From positions 1,488,001 through 1,552,000 of the forward strand of contig JBLDXI010000025.1 in assembly GCA_047495785.1 (NCBI GenBank): a DNA stretch of 64,000 nucleotides. Reading direction: 5' to 3'. This DNA comes from Lepidodermella squamata. Taxonomy: Eukaryota; Animalia; Gastrotricha. Positions 47,907 to 59,815 of this stretch are shown here, one piece after another. Position numbers and translations under genes: made by a program. Position 1 is the stretch's first letter. Every line of letters begins with the position of its first letter. The notes under the pieces are model-generated. The model saw only the letters and a list, made by a program, of their open reading frames with translations, was not told the origin of the DNA and searched no databases.

Positions 47907-48049
47907 CGAATATATAAAACTCTGAAATGTCTAAACATGTGATCGATTATAAGATGTGACACCGGGGCTATATAGGTATTGTTATTATCAAAATTTGTCT
48001 ACACAGATGATGAAAATAAACAGCGGATATTGGTTTATTCAGACCTTCA

Positions 48050-48129
48050 GCACAACTCTCACCTCAAGAATTAAAGCGTTGCCTAACTCGCACAACTCTC
48101 ACCTCAAGAATTGAAGCGTTGCCTAACTC
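48050..48129. repeat. 40-bp tandem duplication upstream of GPCR copy 2
   Basis: GCACAACTCTCACCTCAAGAATT(A/G)AAGCGTTGCCTAACTC occurs twice in tandem. Confidence 0.85.
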
Positions 48130-49926
48130 AAGAATTTAATTTATATCAGCGAAAATCTTTCAATTATGTACTATTGAAAAAACCATTGCGCAGTTGGTAT
48201 TGGCTCAGCCAGCAGAGAATTTGTGACCGTCAGAGGACATTGCAATATATGGGCAGTTTCTGTATACCTAATGATAGGCATTCTCTCTACACTACACAAA
48301 AATCGATTAAAAGCAGCAGAGGAAATGCGATAACGGCGATAACGCGAAAGTGCTAGAAGCAAACAGGTATTCGTGGCTCGCGAGATTGAAACCTACCGAA
48401 AACTGAAAGGATATTGAATCGCCAGAAAAGGTGTTGGGTAAATTTGTGCGTTTCGCTCTGCTTTATAGGATGAATTGTGGTTATTAGCACTTTCTCTATG
48501 GTAGGGTGCATGAATCAAATTTCATCCGATCGAAGATTTCAAGCCATTGCGGGGTAATTTATTTTTGTGCGGTCTGAAGCCGAACAAATAACTCGATCAT
48601 TGTTGTGATGACAAAAATAAGAACTCGTAAATCCTTAAGGATTAGAGACCTATGATCAGATCTGTTAGAAAGCTCATTGCACCTAATAGATATCACCTGA
48701 TATCATATTGTTGTTTACGATTTGCTATTAGATACCAAAAACGGTACTGTAGAAACGGGATTTGCCCAAGGATTTGCCATACTGATCTTTATCGCGTAAC
48801 TAGCATATAGCATAAGATGCTGCTGTAAAATACATATCGATGCGGTTACATCCTTGCTCCTAGTTGTAATCCCATGCTGATTAGGGCTTATACAGCGGAA
48901 AAAGCGTAGCATTATGCCGCAATATGGTGTCACTAATATATTGAGCAAAAGATGTTTACTCAATCCCAATTAGCCGTAGCTGAAAGCCGCATCAAAGATC
49001 AAAATTAGAAATAGTCTGCAGAATATTTTGTCTTTGATGTCACGTCTATTTCCGATGAATCAATATTTCAGCAGGCTCAATACTTCCCGACTTGATCGAA
49101 GCATGAGGATTAGTACATCTCTTTATCCGAAGTTATAGGACAGTTCAAACTTTAACATGAGTCAGTTTTGGGATTTAATTTACACTTATTGCCAAAAAAT
49201 TAGCGCGTCCCTCAAAAACAAAGAAAATGTGTGTTTTAATCACCTGGTAACTGAAAGACAGTGCTAATAGAATCGCGCTAAACGTGGTAGAACCTCCTGG
49301 CGGTTTACACCAGTGAGGATCGTTCTCCTGCTGCAATCGCGGCCATATTGCTTGCTGCTGAGCACATCCAATCAGGCCAAATCGGCTGAGGTTGTTGAAA
49401 CTTGGGCTGCCGGTAATTATAGGCTGTTGAACCTGCTGTGGAAGAAACTGCGGCTGTTGTAAAGCTGTTGTATGTCCCAAGGCTCGGCCGGTTGCGGCGC
49501 ATCTCGTGTCGGAAATTTCCTCAAATCCATTTTTGCTCACGGAGCTTCCCACAACTTGAACTCTCCACCGCCCTCTAGACTGATCTTCCCATGAATCGTA
49601 TAGCATTAGGCGCAAGCTGTTATGTAAATATGCCAACCCCTTATATTTTACAGAACGACGCCGTAACATTATTCAACCCGATTACAATTTTCTACGAAAT
49701 TTATTTATTTATTCAAAGTTTTTACGTAATTCAATCAAAACTGTTACTATGATGTCACGCATGAAAAGATATCGAGAAGGAAACATTAATGAAGAGTTGG
49801 GATTTCTTAGCAAGGATCAGTAGGTACACCTCATTCAATCTTCACACTGGTTATTATGAGGTTGCATGCTAAAATGACTAATGAATTATAAGTCGAGATT
49901 AGAGGATCAAAAGTCGAAAGTCAAGG

Positions 49927-51059
49927 TCAAAAAGACTTAGTATTGGCAAGAGAGAGTTCAGCTTGACTCTGATCTTTAATGAGATAAATTTGAGAGTTTG
50001 CACTCTTGATATTGCGAAGGCGGCAGCAAATAGAATTCAGACGGCTTCTGAAAATCGGACTCATGAAGCATGCGAATGGCAACATCGCGCTGTATTGTAT
50101 TATCGTCATCGACACAACACTTTGCGCAAGGAACGATTGTATTCTAGCGGAAAAGGCACTGCTATCTAATTTGGACCAAAGTAGTCTGACAGGAAACGGG
50201 CCAAGAAATAGAAGCGTTAATTCGATGGACAAATAAAAAATGATATAGACTGTTAGACAAATTGCGTGTTGCCGTTTTCTCTGCTCAGTTTTTCTCATCT
50301 TATTCGGAATGATTGGCCGCCTTGAGCAAGACAACAGCTTCCCGATTAGTAGAATTTCAGCTGTAGCTGTTATCGTTAGAAATCCTTGATGAATAATGAG
50401 AGATCAAACATTCATAAGTCATAAGTGTCTAATTTGGAATGAAAGAGCTTACCATTAACCACGAGGATGTAACCGATCGAGTATATTGTGAACCAGCTCC
50501 AACCGTCAATTGCCCACCTGTATTGTACGCAAATTTCGACTTGTGTCTCTGCGGGGATAGCAACATCGAACGCAATCGTTCGAGGAGCATTAATGATACC
50601 CATCAAAACGCAACTTGCTACCACCAAACTTCGTATTCTTTTCCGACGAGCGTGAGCTAGCTTTGAATGCATTGACGGCGCTCTAGTCGTTAAGTACAAG
50701 TACTCTTCAACAGTCATGTGAGCTACAAGACATGTTATCACCGACGATGCGTATAGATAAATTGACATCGATGCGACCAAGATGACTGAAGTTTCGAACG
50801 TGTATCTCAGGTAATAGACCATTGAAGATGTGATTAATGATGAGGCGATCGCTAAGATTTGAAAGCAGCACATTGATTTGAGGATGAAGAATAGCGGCGC
50901 CGGAAATTTCGATTTGTCGCTCAATATCCAGAAAGTGATCACGTTCCCGATAATGCCTAATATGCTGATGATTGGCCGCAAGACGCCAAATAGAGCATTG
51001 TCCCACGGTTGATCGCGGCTGGCAATTAACACTTGGCATGTCAGATTACTATTATTCAT
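49927..51059 (-). CDS. Divergent rhodopsin-like 7TM GPCR, copy 3 (most diverged); exons 51059-50453, 50384-49927 (354 aa)
   Basis: MNNSNLTCQVL start, same TM pattern and intron position as the other copies, SPIFRSRL. Confidence 0.83.
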
Positions 51060-52367
51060 CACGGTTTCCAACTACTGAGAATAAAAGATTGAAGACCGAG
51101 GTTTGAAGGGTTATTTAGCAGGGGCTAAAGAGTGTCCACGCGCAAAACTCGAAAATGACGGACTCAATAAAAAATAATAATGATGAGCTATTAGCCCTAA
51201 TCTTTTTTGATCGAAAGTTCTATTGGAACAGATTGATGCTTGCTAAATTGAATTGGCTACCTATTCATTTTAGTTAATTGAAAAGTGAAAACGGAAATCG
51301 GTTTGAAGCTGCATTGAAAGTAACCTATAAGTATCCTATATTACAACAAAGCACCATTTACCACTAAAAATAGCTTCTTATGACTTGTGTTAGAGCGATG
51401 ACATAAAAACAACAAGACAATTTGACCGTGATTCAGCCTGCAAGATTAGTGAAAATGTCTACTTGCGGTCAACAATTGTAGTCCGTCAAAAATACAAATA
51501 ATATAACCGCGCTTTAATCTCCCCGGATCAAAGACATACGGAGCGGATAGCAGTCGTATAATTTTATTTAGCAAAATAGTTAATACATGAACGTGTATCT
51601 TTTTTCAAAACTGGATACCCTGTAGCCATATTCTATTCGTACATTTAATGATAAAACCGATTTCTCCGCCTCTGTTTTCGATGAAAGTCAGAGGAATCAA
51701 TTATCACGAAAAGTTGCTGAGAAAAACAAGACCTAGATACGCAAGTTTCGGAGGGCAACATCAGCCATATTACAGGCAGCTTGATTTTCCGCGTAGCTTG
51801 AATTCGAATTTATATAGCCCGACCAGATCGCGTTTATACGATTCAATCTTGTGAGGCGCCACTGCAATATTGCCTCTTACTTACCTAGTATAACCGAATA
51901 GCCCAAATTTGTGCCGATCTTACAGTAAGGTCCACCGTCGGAACTGGAGTCATAAACCGAAGTCAAAAATTGGGTCAAGACAATAAAAATGCCGAAAAAC
52001 GAGTGAATGTTGCGGGTAAATATCACTCCAAAGTCCAATGCTCATTACCGCGCGAAAATTGCTATCCTATATTCGCCGGTTCGACTAGTTTTGAACAGAA
52101 TTCGCCATTTCTCGCCTTTGACACTCGAAAAATAACCACCTGGCAGCGAGAGGCTGGGAGCCACCTTTACCTGACGATATTTCACCGTCTTTTCGAACCA
52201 GGGATATATTACAATTTCAACTTAGAACCGTTGAATCAATTCAGGCCCGGATCAGTTTAGGCTAAGTTTGAGATTCGTTTCAGAACACATTTGGCTCGGT
52301 AGTATCGGAGTCAAAAAGATGCTCAAAAGAGTCCAAGTGGCTCCAGAGTCAGCCCATGGACCACACA

Positions 52368-53363
52368 CATAGAGCTAGTTTTAAGATAGAGGTCCTACTC
52401 CTGACAAAGCCTGTAAACGCCATGGGCACCAGATGTTGTGATGAATCAGCATCGAGTGGTTGGAAAAGTAAACAAATCAGGTGATTTTCGATCGCTAATT
52501 ATTCTTGAACAATTAATCACAATCAATAATTTCCGGCAGTTCCGGATAGCTCTTGAAACAATGAACACATTGATTATTTTTCCGAAATTTTAACCATTTT
52601 TGAAACGGGGAAAATCGCATAAAAATAAAATTGATCAATTAATAAATTATGACAACTGCCAATAAGGCAGTGAAATTGAAGGGTATTTTTAATGGGCTAG
52701 GTAAATCTGATCAAGCTCTACATTTTGATGCTTGGAGCGAGCTTGGAAGATTTTTTTCTGATTTTCTGATTTTCTAAAATTTTTTATTCATTGCATGAAT
52801 GGTTTTTTACTACATTCGAACTCTGGTCCAGCTCCGGACTCAGTTCAGCCACGCCCTGTGCACATGGCGCACGTGCTGTCAACAAAGATTCTGGATAGAA
52901 TCCAACGGGCAACCTCCAGTTTTGTAATGTAAAAAACCAAGTGGAATAATTCATAAAATCATAGAAAATCAGGACAAAATCTTCCAAGCTCGCTACAAGC
53001 ATTAAAATGTAGACCTTGATCAGAATTACCCACCCTATTCGAAATATGCTTCAATTTCGATTTAATTATTAGTTAATGTCGATTTATTTGAAATCACGAA
53101 ATAGTTTTTTCCCGATTTCACTGCTTTACATTGCTCAGAAAATTTCGAAAAAATAATCACAGTGTTCACCATTTCAAGCACTATCTGGTACCACTAAACT
53201 GTTTACCAAGGAAATAACCATGGATGAGAAATCGGGAATCGAAAAATCACCTGATTTGTTGACTTTTCCAACCACTCGATGCTGATTCATCACAACATCT
53301 GGTGCCCATGGCGTTTACAGGCTTTGTCAGGAGTAGGACCTCTATCTTAAAACTAGCTCTATG
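52368..53363. mobile_element. 996-bp non-autonomous foldback DNA transposon, P-element/Galileo-like
   Basis: Termini CATAGAGCTAG...CTAGCTCTATG; about 125 bp of near-perfect TIR continuing as a degenerate inverted repeat for about 400 bp; 8-bp TSD ACCACACA at 52360-52367 and 53364-53371. Confidence 0.85.
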
Positions 53364-53765
53364 ACCACACACCACACTGACCTACGATGAGTAAAACTGT
53401 CCACAAAGGTCCACAAAGCGATGTATTTATTTATCTACTGTATGGTGACGAATTTGTTATTTATTGATGAATCATCGGAACAGCGTCATACCATCAAATG
53501 CGCAAACTTGGCAAAAAAGTAAAATCTTATATGCAATCACAAACACTGTTCACTGTTCTTTTAATGAAACAAAATATTTATATTTTAGACTAAACATTAA
53601 AAGTCGGCTGAATCGACTGAAACAGCAATGAATAATAAATGAAAAAATTGAGATAACAGCGGAGCTTTTACCGGAATATAACATGGCAATGACATTCCTC
53701 TCCTCAGGCCCTAGTATGACAGGTAAGAGGAAGTGTACCTGAGACGTAGGCGCACAAAACACAAG

Positions 53766-54900
53766 TCATAAAGGACTCGTCGAAATCAACGCCGATTCGG
53801 CTGATTTCGGATCTCTGATGAGATAGACTTTTGAGTTTGAGCTTTTTAAATAACGAGAAGGGCAAAAAAGGGAAGCCAAACGTCTTCTAAATGGCGGGCT
53901 GATTAAACACGCGAATGGAAAAATGGTGCTGTGACCTATTATGGTCATCCATACAAAGCTCCGAGTGAGAAATGATTGAAACTGCGGGGAGAAGGCTTCG
54001 TCATTGAATCTCGACCATAAGACTTTAACTGGGAGTGGGTCAAGGAAGAGCAAAATTAGCTCTATCATCAAATAAAGCATGGTGAAGACCGCCAGACTTA
54101 TAGCCTGATTGCGTTTTCGATCCTCGTTTTTGTTTTGCTGTGAAAAGCTGAGGTTTCTCGACCAAGAAAGAATTTTTATGATTGTTAGAATTTCAGCTGT
54201 GGCTGTTATTGCTAGAAAACCTGTATAAGAATACACGGCTAATAATTTGCATGATCGAGATGTAGGAAAATATACCATAAGAAACGAGAATTAGCCCGAT
54301 TGAGTAGAAAGTGAACCAGCTCAATCCATCAAGTGGCCACCGATGTAACACGCAAATATCAGAATTCCACAGGTTATCCTCGGGGGCAACCACATCGAAA
54401 ACAGCCATGCGGGGAAAATTGAGTATGACCATCGCAATGCAGCTCAACAGCACCACGATGCGAACTCGCTTCTCACGACCGCGAGCAAGCAGGGAATGCA
54501 TTGAGGGCGTTTTAGTCTGCAAGTACACATGCTCCTCAACCGCCATCTGAGCGACGAGACACATCATCAATGAAGACGAATACAGATAAATTGAAATCGA
54601 TGTAACCAGAATGACCCCAGCTGCGAAGGTGTATTGGAAGTAATACACCACTGAGGCATGCACTGAGGATGCGACTAACGATGAGGCAACTGCGATGCTC
54701 TGAATTAAACACATCGTCTTCACGATGAAGAACGTAGGAGCGGGAAAAGTGGCCTTGTCACAAAAAATCCAAAAAGAAACCAGGTTCCCGGTTATGCCTA
54801 ATATGCTGATGATTGGTCGCAAGAAGCCGCATAGAACGTTGTCCAACGGTTGATCGCGACTTGCTACCAAAACTTGGCAAGTCAGATTGCTGATATTCAT
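53766..54900 (-). CDS. Divergent rhodopsin-like 7TM GPCR, copy 4; exons 54900-54276, 54220-53766 (359 aa)
   Basis: Paralogue whose 5' part is nearly identical to copy 2; 55-bp intron at the shared position; 4-aa insertion (SSVHASVV). Confidence 0.85.
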
Positions 54901-55026
54901 CCCATTAATAACACTTTGAAATTCCTAAACATGCGATAGAAAAATTATATATAAAAGTATGAGAAGCCGTTCCGTAGTTAGTATTGACCCCGCCAAAAGA
55001 GAAATCATGACCGCCATTGGAAATAC

Positions 55027-55075
55027 CTCCCTCTCTCTCTGCCTCTCTCTCTGCCTCTCTCTCTCTCTCTCTCTG
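55027..55075. repeat. (CT)n-rich microsatellite
   Basis: ctccctctctctctgcctctctctctgcctctctctctctctctctctg. Confidence 0.9.
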
Positions 55076-55168
55076 CTCTACTCCACTTGACATAAAAATC
55101 AATTAATAGCTGCGGAGGAAGCAGTCAGCCATAACGCTTCACTGCTAGCATAGTAGTTAGCAGTGGTT

Positions 55169-55430
55169 TTAGCGTAGTCCCAAAGCGCGGATCACTGCTT
55201 TGCATCGTCGTCTCCGCTGCTTCTGGTACCTAGTCAGAAGATTGTAGTTGTAGTGGCGAATCATCTTCGCCTTGACTGCGGTTTCGCGTAGCCTCGCCGT
55301 CTTTGCCTGCAGGTGTTCGATGCGGGTCGTCAGCAGGGCCAGATCGTTGGCGAAATCGACGTCATGAAGCTGCGTCAACAACCACCTTAGGTCGTCCGTT
55401 TGGCCATCGCTGACCGCACGCATCACGAAG
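55169..55430 (-). mobile_element. Internally deleted RTE-clade LINE fragment (RT core joined to the 3' end)
   Basis: LRWLLTQLHDVDFANDLALLTTRIEHLQAKTARLRETA resembles RTE RT L.DLDFADDLALL...MQ.KT..L; RRRCKAVIRAL resembles the RTE C-terminus. Absent from the paralogous GPCR flanks. Confidence 0.7.
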
Positions 55431-55710
55431 TCGCTAGCAGCATAGCCGCAATAGTTATTCGTGGCTAACTAGTTTGAAAGCTGCGGAAAACTGAACGGAT
55501 ATTGAAGAGGAAACGGAATTGGGTAACCTGTTTCGCTTAGACTCCTGCTATGAAGAGCGGAGCTGAATCAAATTTGAATCGATCGGAGATGACATGCGGG
55601 GTAATTCACTTTGGCGCGGTCTGTTGCCAAAAATCGCAAGACGCATTATAGGTCGAGTGGTTTCCGAAGAAATAGCGAGCAAAAAAATTGCAAATATTCA
55701 CACATTTATA

Positions 55711-57271
55711 CACTGTAAAAAATAGGGTGCTGATTACCCTGGGTATTTACCCTTTTTCAATTTTTTGAGGAGTAAATGCTCCCGCCTATCTCTTTGTGGT
55801 AATTCGCTCCAAGGTAAAAGTGGGGTAAATACCCTTGGGTGGTAATTAACTGTGGCAATTCTTTTCTTGGATGGCAATCTAAGGGCAATCACCCTCGCGC
55901 AAATTTGTTAATTTTATTTCAATAAATAAATTATTTATTTGATTTTTAATTATGAAATATTAGTTTTATAAACCTCTAAACATGTTAGCATAAGTAAAAA
56001 AAGTTGAGGATAAACTCTGGTAAATATCTCATGGTCGAGGATGGTCAAAAACACAATGACATCCTAAGTCTGAATTTTACCGTATATGTACCTTCGTATT
56101 TGCAGCGCTGATATGATGCGCAGTAAGATCCTTTCAGAGAATTTGATATCGATTTTGCAGTCACCTAAGCCAGGCAAAAAAGGTCCCTGAATAAATTAGA
56201 AGTCCCTCCCTGATAATACGGTATATACGGTTTACCATAGCCGAGTTATTTCAGGGTTGGATTTTAAACATAAACACAAATAACCAATGATCGCAGCTAA
56301 TTGTCAAGATCTATGGGATGGCGCCAAATTTCAGCTAATTTTAGTGCCGGCAACGTGGCTGGCATCGCTAACTCTCCAAAATCGTTCTTCAATTGGATTC
56401 TAGATTATAGCTCTCAATTAGTAACAGGGTCCTCGCTAAATCTTAATAAAATAAATCTAAATGAAATGACTGGTTCAACTCAAATTAACTGCAATGCCTA
56501 AGCAATTAATCAAAGCAATTAAGAAGCTCCACCTAGTCAATATTCAAGTCAGTTTTTCACCTTTAAAATATCACCTCCACTCAATCAGCAGTGGCTTCCC
56601 AATTGAGCTAGCGCTATTCGGTGGTGCAACGTTGGAGTATTAACTTTATCGATTTGCTTTGCGAAATGCATTCAATCTCATAACTCAAATCAGCCGAATT
56701 CTAAATAATGGCTGAACTCAGCCATGTGCATATGCAAATTGTTCGACTCGCTCGCATTCGCTGCGGCACAGAAAGGCTTGTTTGCAAAAAACTAGCTCAA
56801 ATCATTCATTAACATTGTGCAATGAAAAGAAGAAAAAAATTTATAATCGCGCGTTGCAGGTAACAGTCGGGTTGCAGGTATCAGTTAGGTGCGTTTCAGG
56901 TTTAACGGTGTTCGGTGTTATCAAAGGTAACCTGGTGGCATGTGGTGCCATCCTGATACCTTGGGACCCTCCTTATTAATTCGAATAATTGATTTTTTAA
57001 TTGAATAATTAAAAATAATTTATTGCTTGAATATTTATTCAAAAATAATTCCTAACAATTTAATTGAAATAATTAGGAATAATTGCAGGGTAATTACCCC
57101 TCAGCAATGAAAGACATGCTGGAAGATAATTACCCTCTCTGTGGTAAATAATCCTTACGAAAAAAACTCTGAGGAGTAATTTCAATGCACCCCGTGTGCA
57201 TTTTACCCCCCAAGCGCCATACAATTGAATGGAGTAAATTCGGGGTAATCACCCCCCTATTTTTTACAGTG
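55711..57271. mobile_element. 1561-bp non-autonomous CACTG-terminus DNA transposon (CMC/EnSpm-like)
   Basis: TIR CACTGTAAAAAATAGGG ... CCCTATTTTTTACAGTG; TATA on both flanks (TA or TATA TSD); subterminal TTACCC/GGGTAA repeats; no transposase ORF. Confidence 0.82.
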
Positions 57272-57506
57272 TATAGCAAAGCAGAGCAAGATGGACTTTA
57301 CACCTCATTCCGGGTTGATTGGGGCTTACGCGCGGAAAAAGAGTGGAATCATGCCGCAATATGGCGCCATTCATATAGTGCAGTAGCACAAGAAATTTAT
57401 TCAATCCCAATTTGCCATAGTCCCAAGCCGCATCACATATTATTACAGTCACTGAAATTCTGCAGTGTATTTTGTTTTTCATCTTGCATCTATTCCACAT
57501 GAATCA

Positions 57507-58939
57507 ATATTTGTATGATATAACATGAGTAGGAATCTATATTTGAGTGAAGCACGAAATATAGATCGAGTAAAACGAATGAAACGAGTGAAATCGAGGC
57601 GGAACGAGCCGGTAGGCGAGTGGAGACGAGATTTCACGAGGTGAATGAGTTTAAAATATTACACGGTGTCTATATTTTTTGCAACGCAAAATAATAAATA
57701 ATAAAAAATCCAACTTAAAATTTCATCGAAAAATGGCTTTCTATTCATTCTCGCTCATTTTTCTCATTCGTTCGAATTTCGTCTCGATTTGAACGTCGAT
57801 TTTCTGTCCGACCGGAATTCTGCTCGAATTTCACGAACAAATGCTCCCAGAATTCTGCTGCGATTGGCAAAGCTGCCGCAATTGAAGCCGAATGGTTCGA
57901 TAACCCATCAACCCTGAAACCTGGTTCCTTCGAAATCAACGTTCGCGAAAACCATGCGCCTAAAAAATCCGAAGAAACTGGTTCGATTAGAACAACACGT
58001 TTGGTGGCGAAAGAACTTGAAAGAACAGCAGTCCGTCGGAATTTCATCTCTGGTTGTTGAACAAAATGGCTCAGTTTCGGACTAGCGCGTCGCAACGGTG
58101 TTTGGTACGCCGATGTTTTCAACGTGATCGAATCGGAACTGTCGCTGGCAGAGTGCTCCAAGTTCAATCAAGTTTCAAGGTGGTGATTTCTGCGAATTGG
58201 GGTCAAAATGCTGTCCGATTTTCTGGATTTTCTGCTCAGTGTTCCCGGCGCGTTCCATCGATCTATGGAGGCGACTTGCTGACCGTACCTGTTCGATGAT
58301 CTTCTGCGCGATCCGACCCACGAATCGCTGCGAATTCATGCACAGCGGGGACGAAATGCTGCCCGATTTTCCGGAGTCTTCTGAGAAATTCTGGTTCCTA
58401 CGGCCAATTTTTGCAGCCCGTCTGCAAAGCTGTCCCCGTCTAAATTATTCTCAAAATTGAATTTCTCCATGTTTTCTCATAATAAATTGCGTTGCGAAAA
58501 CTATATCCCTGTGTTTTTCCGTTAGAATTAGCTGTTTCAAGACCTGCTCGGAAGTATTTGGGCTTGGAAATGAGCATCTATATTCAAAATATAGATGTTC
58601 CAGGTCAAAAATATAGATACACCTGAATCTATATTTCAGATATACATCAGAAATATAGTTCATATTCAAATCTATATTTGAAATATGAAAAAATATAGAT
58701 TTGTGTTTCAAGGTTACTTATATAGACGCAGTTGGTATTTGTATGGTATGACATGAGTAAAACGTTTATATCTGTACGGAGCCGCCCGAGATTTACGAGT
58801 CGGAACGAGCCGGAGGCGAGTTGCGATGAGTAAATCGAGTGCGGCGAGTTCAGATATGAACGATTTACGAATGTTATACCGTAAAATATCGAATTGTCAA
58901 AGCTACTCGACCTATATTTTTGGCGACAATTCTATATTT
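57507..58939. mobile_element. Non-autonomous element with long imperfect direct repeats, Crypton-like
   Basis: Repeat units ATTTGTATG.TAT.ACATGAGTA...GGAACGAGCCGG(T)AGGCGAGT at about 57509-57660 and 58737-58890; ATATTT at both ends; interrupts the flank shared with GPCR copy 2. Confidence 0.55.
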
Positions 58940-59815
58940 CATGACTTATAACCGAAGCGAGAGAAGTCTCATAAACAGGAATAATATGCTATATAGTTAA
59001 AACATCTATATGAGTCAGTGATTGGGATTTGATTGATTTTGAGGCAATTTTTTAATGTTGGCCGTTTTGATTGCGATTTTCATCAAAAACGGTTTTTTGC
59101 AAAGGTTTCGAGTTTCGAGCCTTGCTCAGCCGTCAGTTAGATGCCTTCCCGACATAAGCAGCATAGTCGCAGAAATTTCGATCAGATTTCATGCGAATTC
59201 ATGTTTGCCCCACCTATGGCACGAGAGTAAACTCGCAGCGGTTGATAAGTCGGATATGACGCCTCAATTCGGTTATATAAAAATCTAACATAGAATTCAA
59301 TCTATAAAAAGAGTTAATCTTAATTAACGCCTATTCCTGTCTGCGTTTCAGCCAATTCAGCGGATCTGCACACGGGGTAGGCCTTGATCTTCTGGTTTTC
59401 AATACACATACCGAAAATTTGCGGAATGATAAATGTTCTGCAAGGTTCTGGACGGGTTGACCTACAAGATTCTCGTCTATTACATCTTAAACCATAAATG
59501 ATGGTGTTTTTCCTCAATATTGAAATTCAGCAGGATTTGCAAGCCGCCGTTTGCTGCTGCGAAGTTGGCCTGGACACGGCAGTTGATTGCTGATTTTTAC
59601 ACTTTTTCGTCCGAAGCAAGATTTATCAAAATGTACAATCTTAATTATTGAATTTCAAGGCACACATTCTCTAAGGCTAACGAAACTGTTGCTGACGACA
59701 GGCAACAATATTTACTTTGGGTACCGTATGTATCGAATCAGCAATGATTTGTATAGGTATATACTATAGTTTGCTCTTTTCTTTTTAATTTAATTGGCCG
59801 ATGCGGACATAAAAA

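Noticed and set aside
49175-49669. 164-aa Gln-rich ORF between GPCR copies 2 and 3
   Set aside because: No motif, and absent from paralogous flanks; probably decayed inserted sequence.
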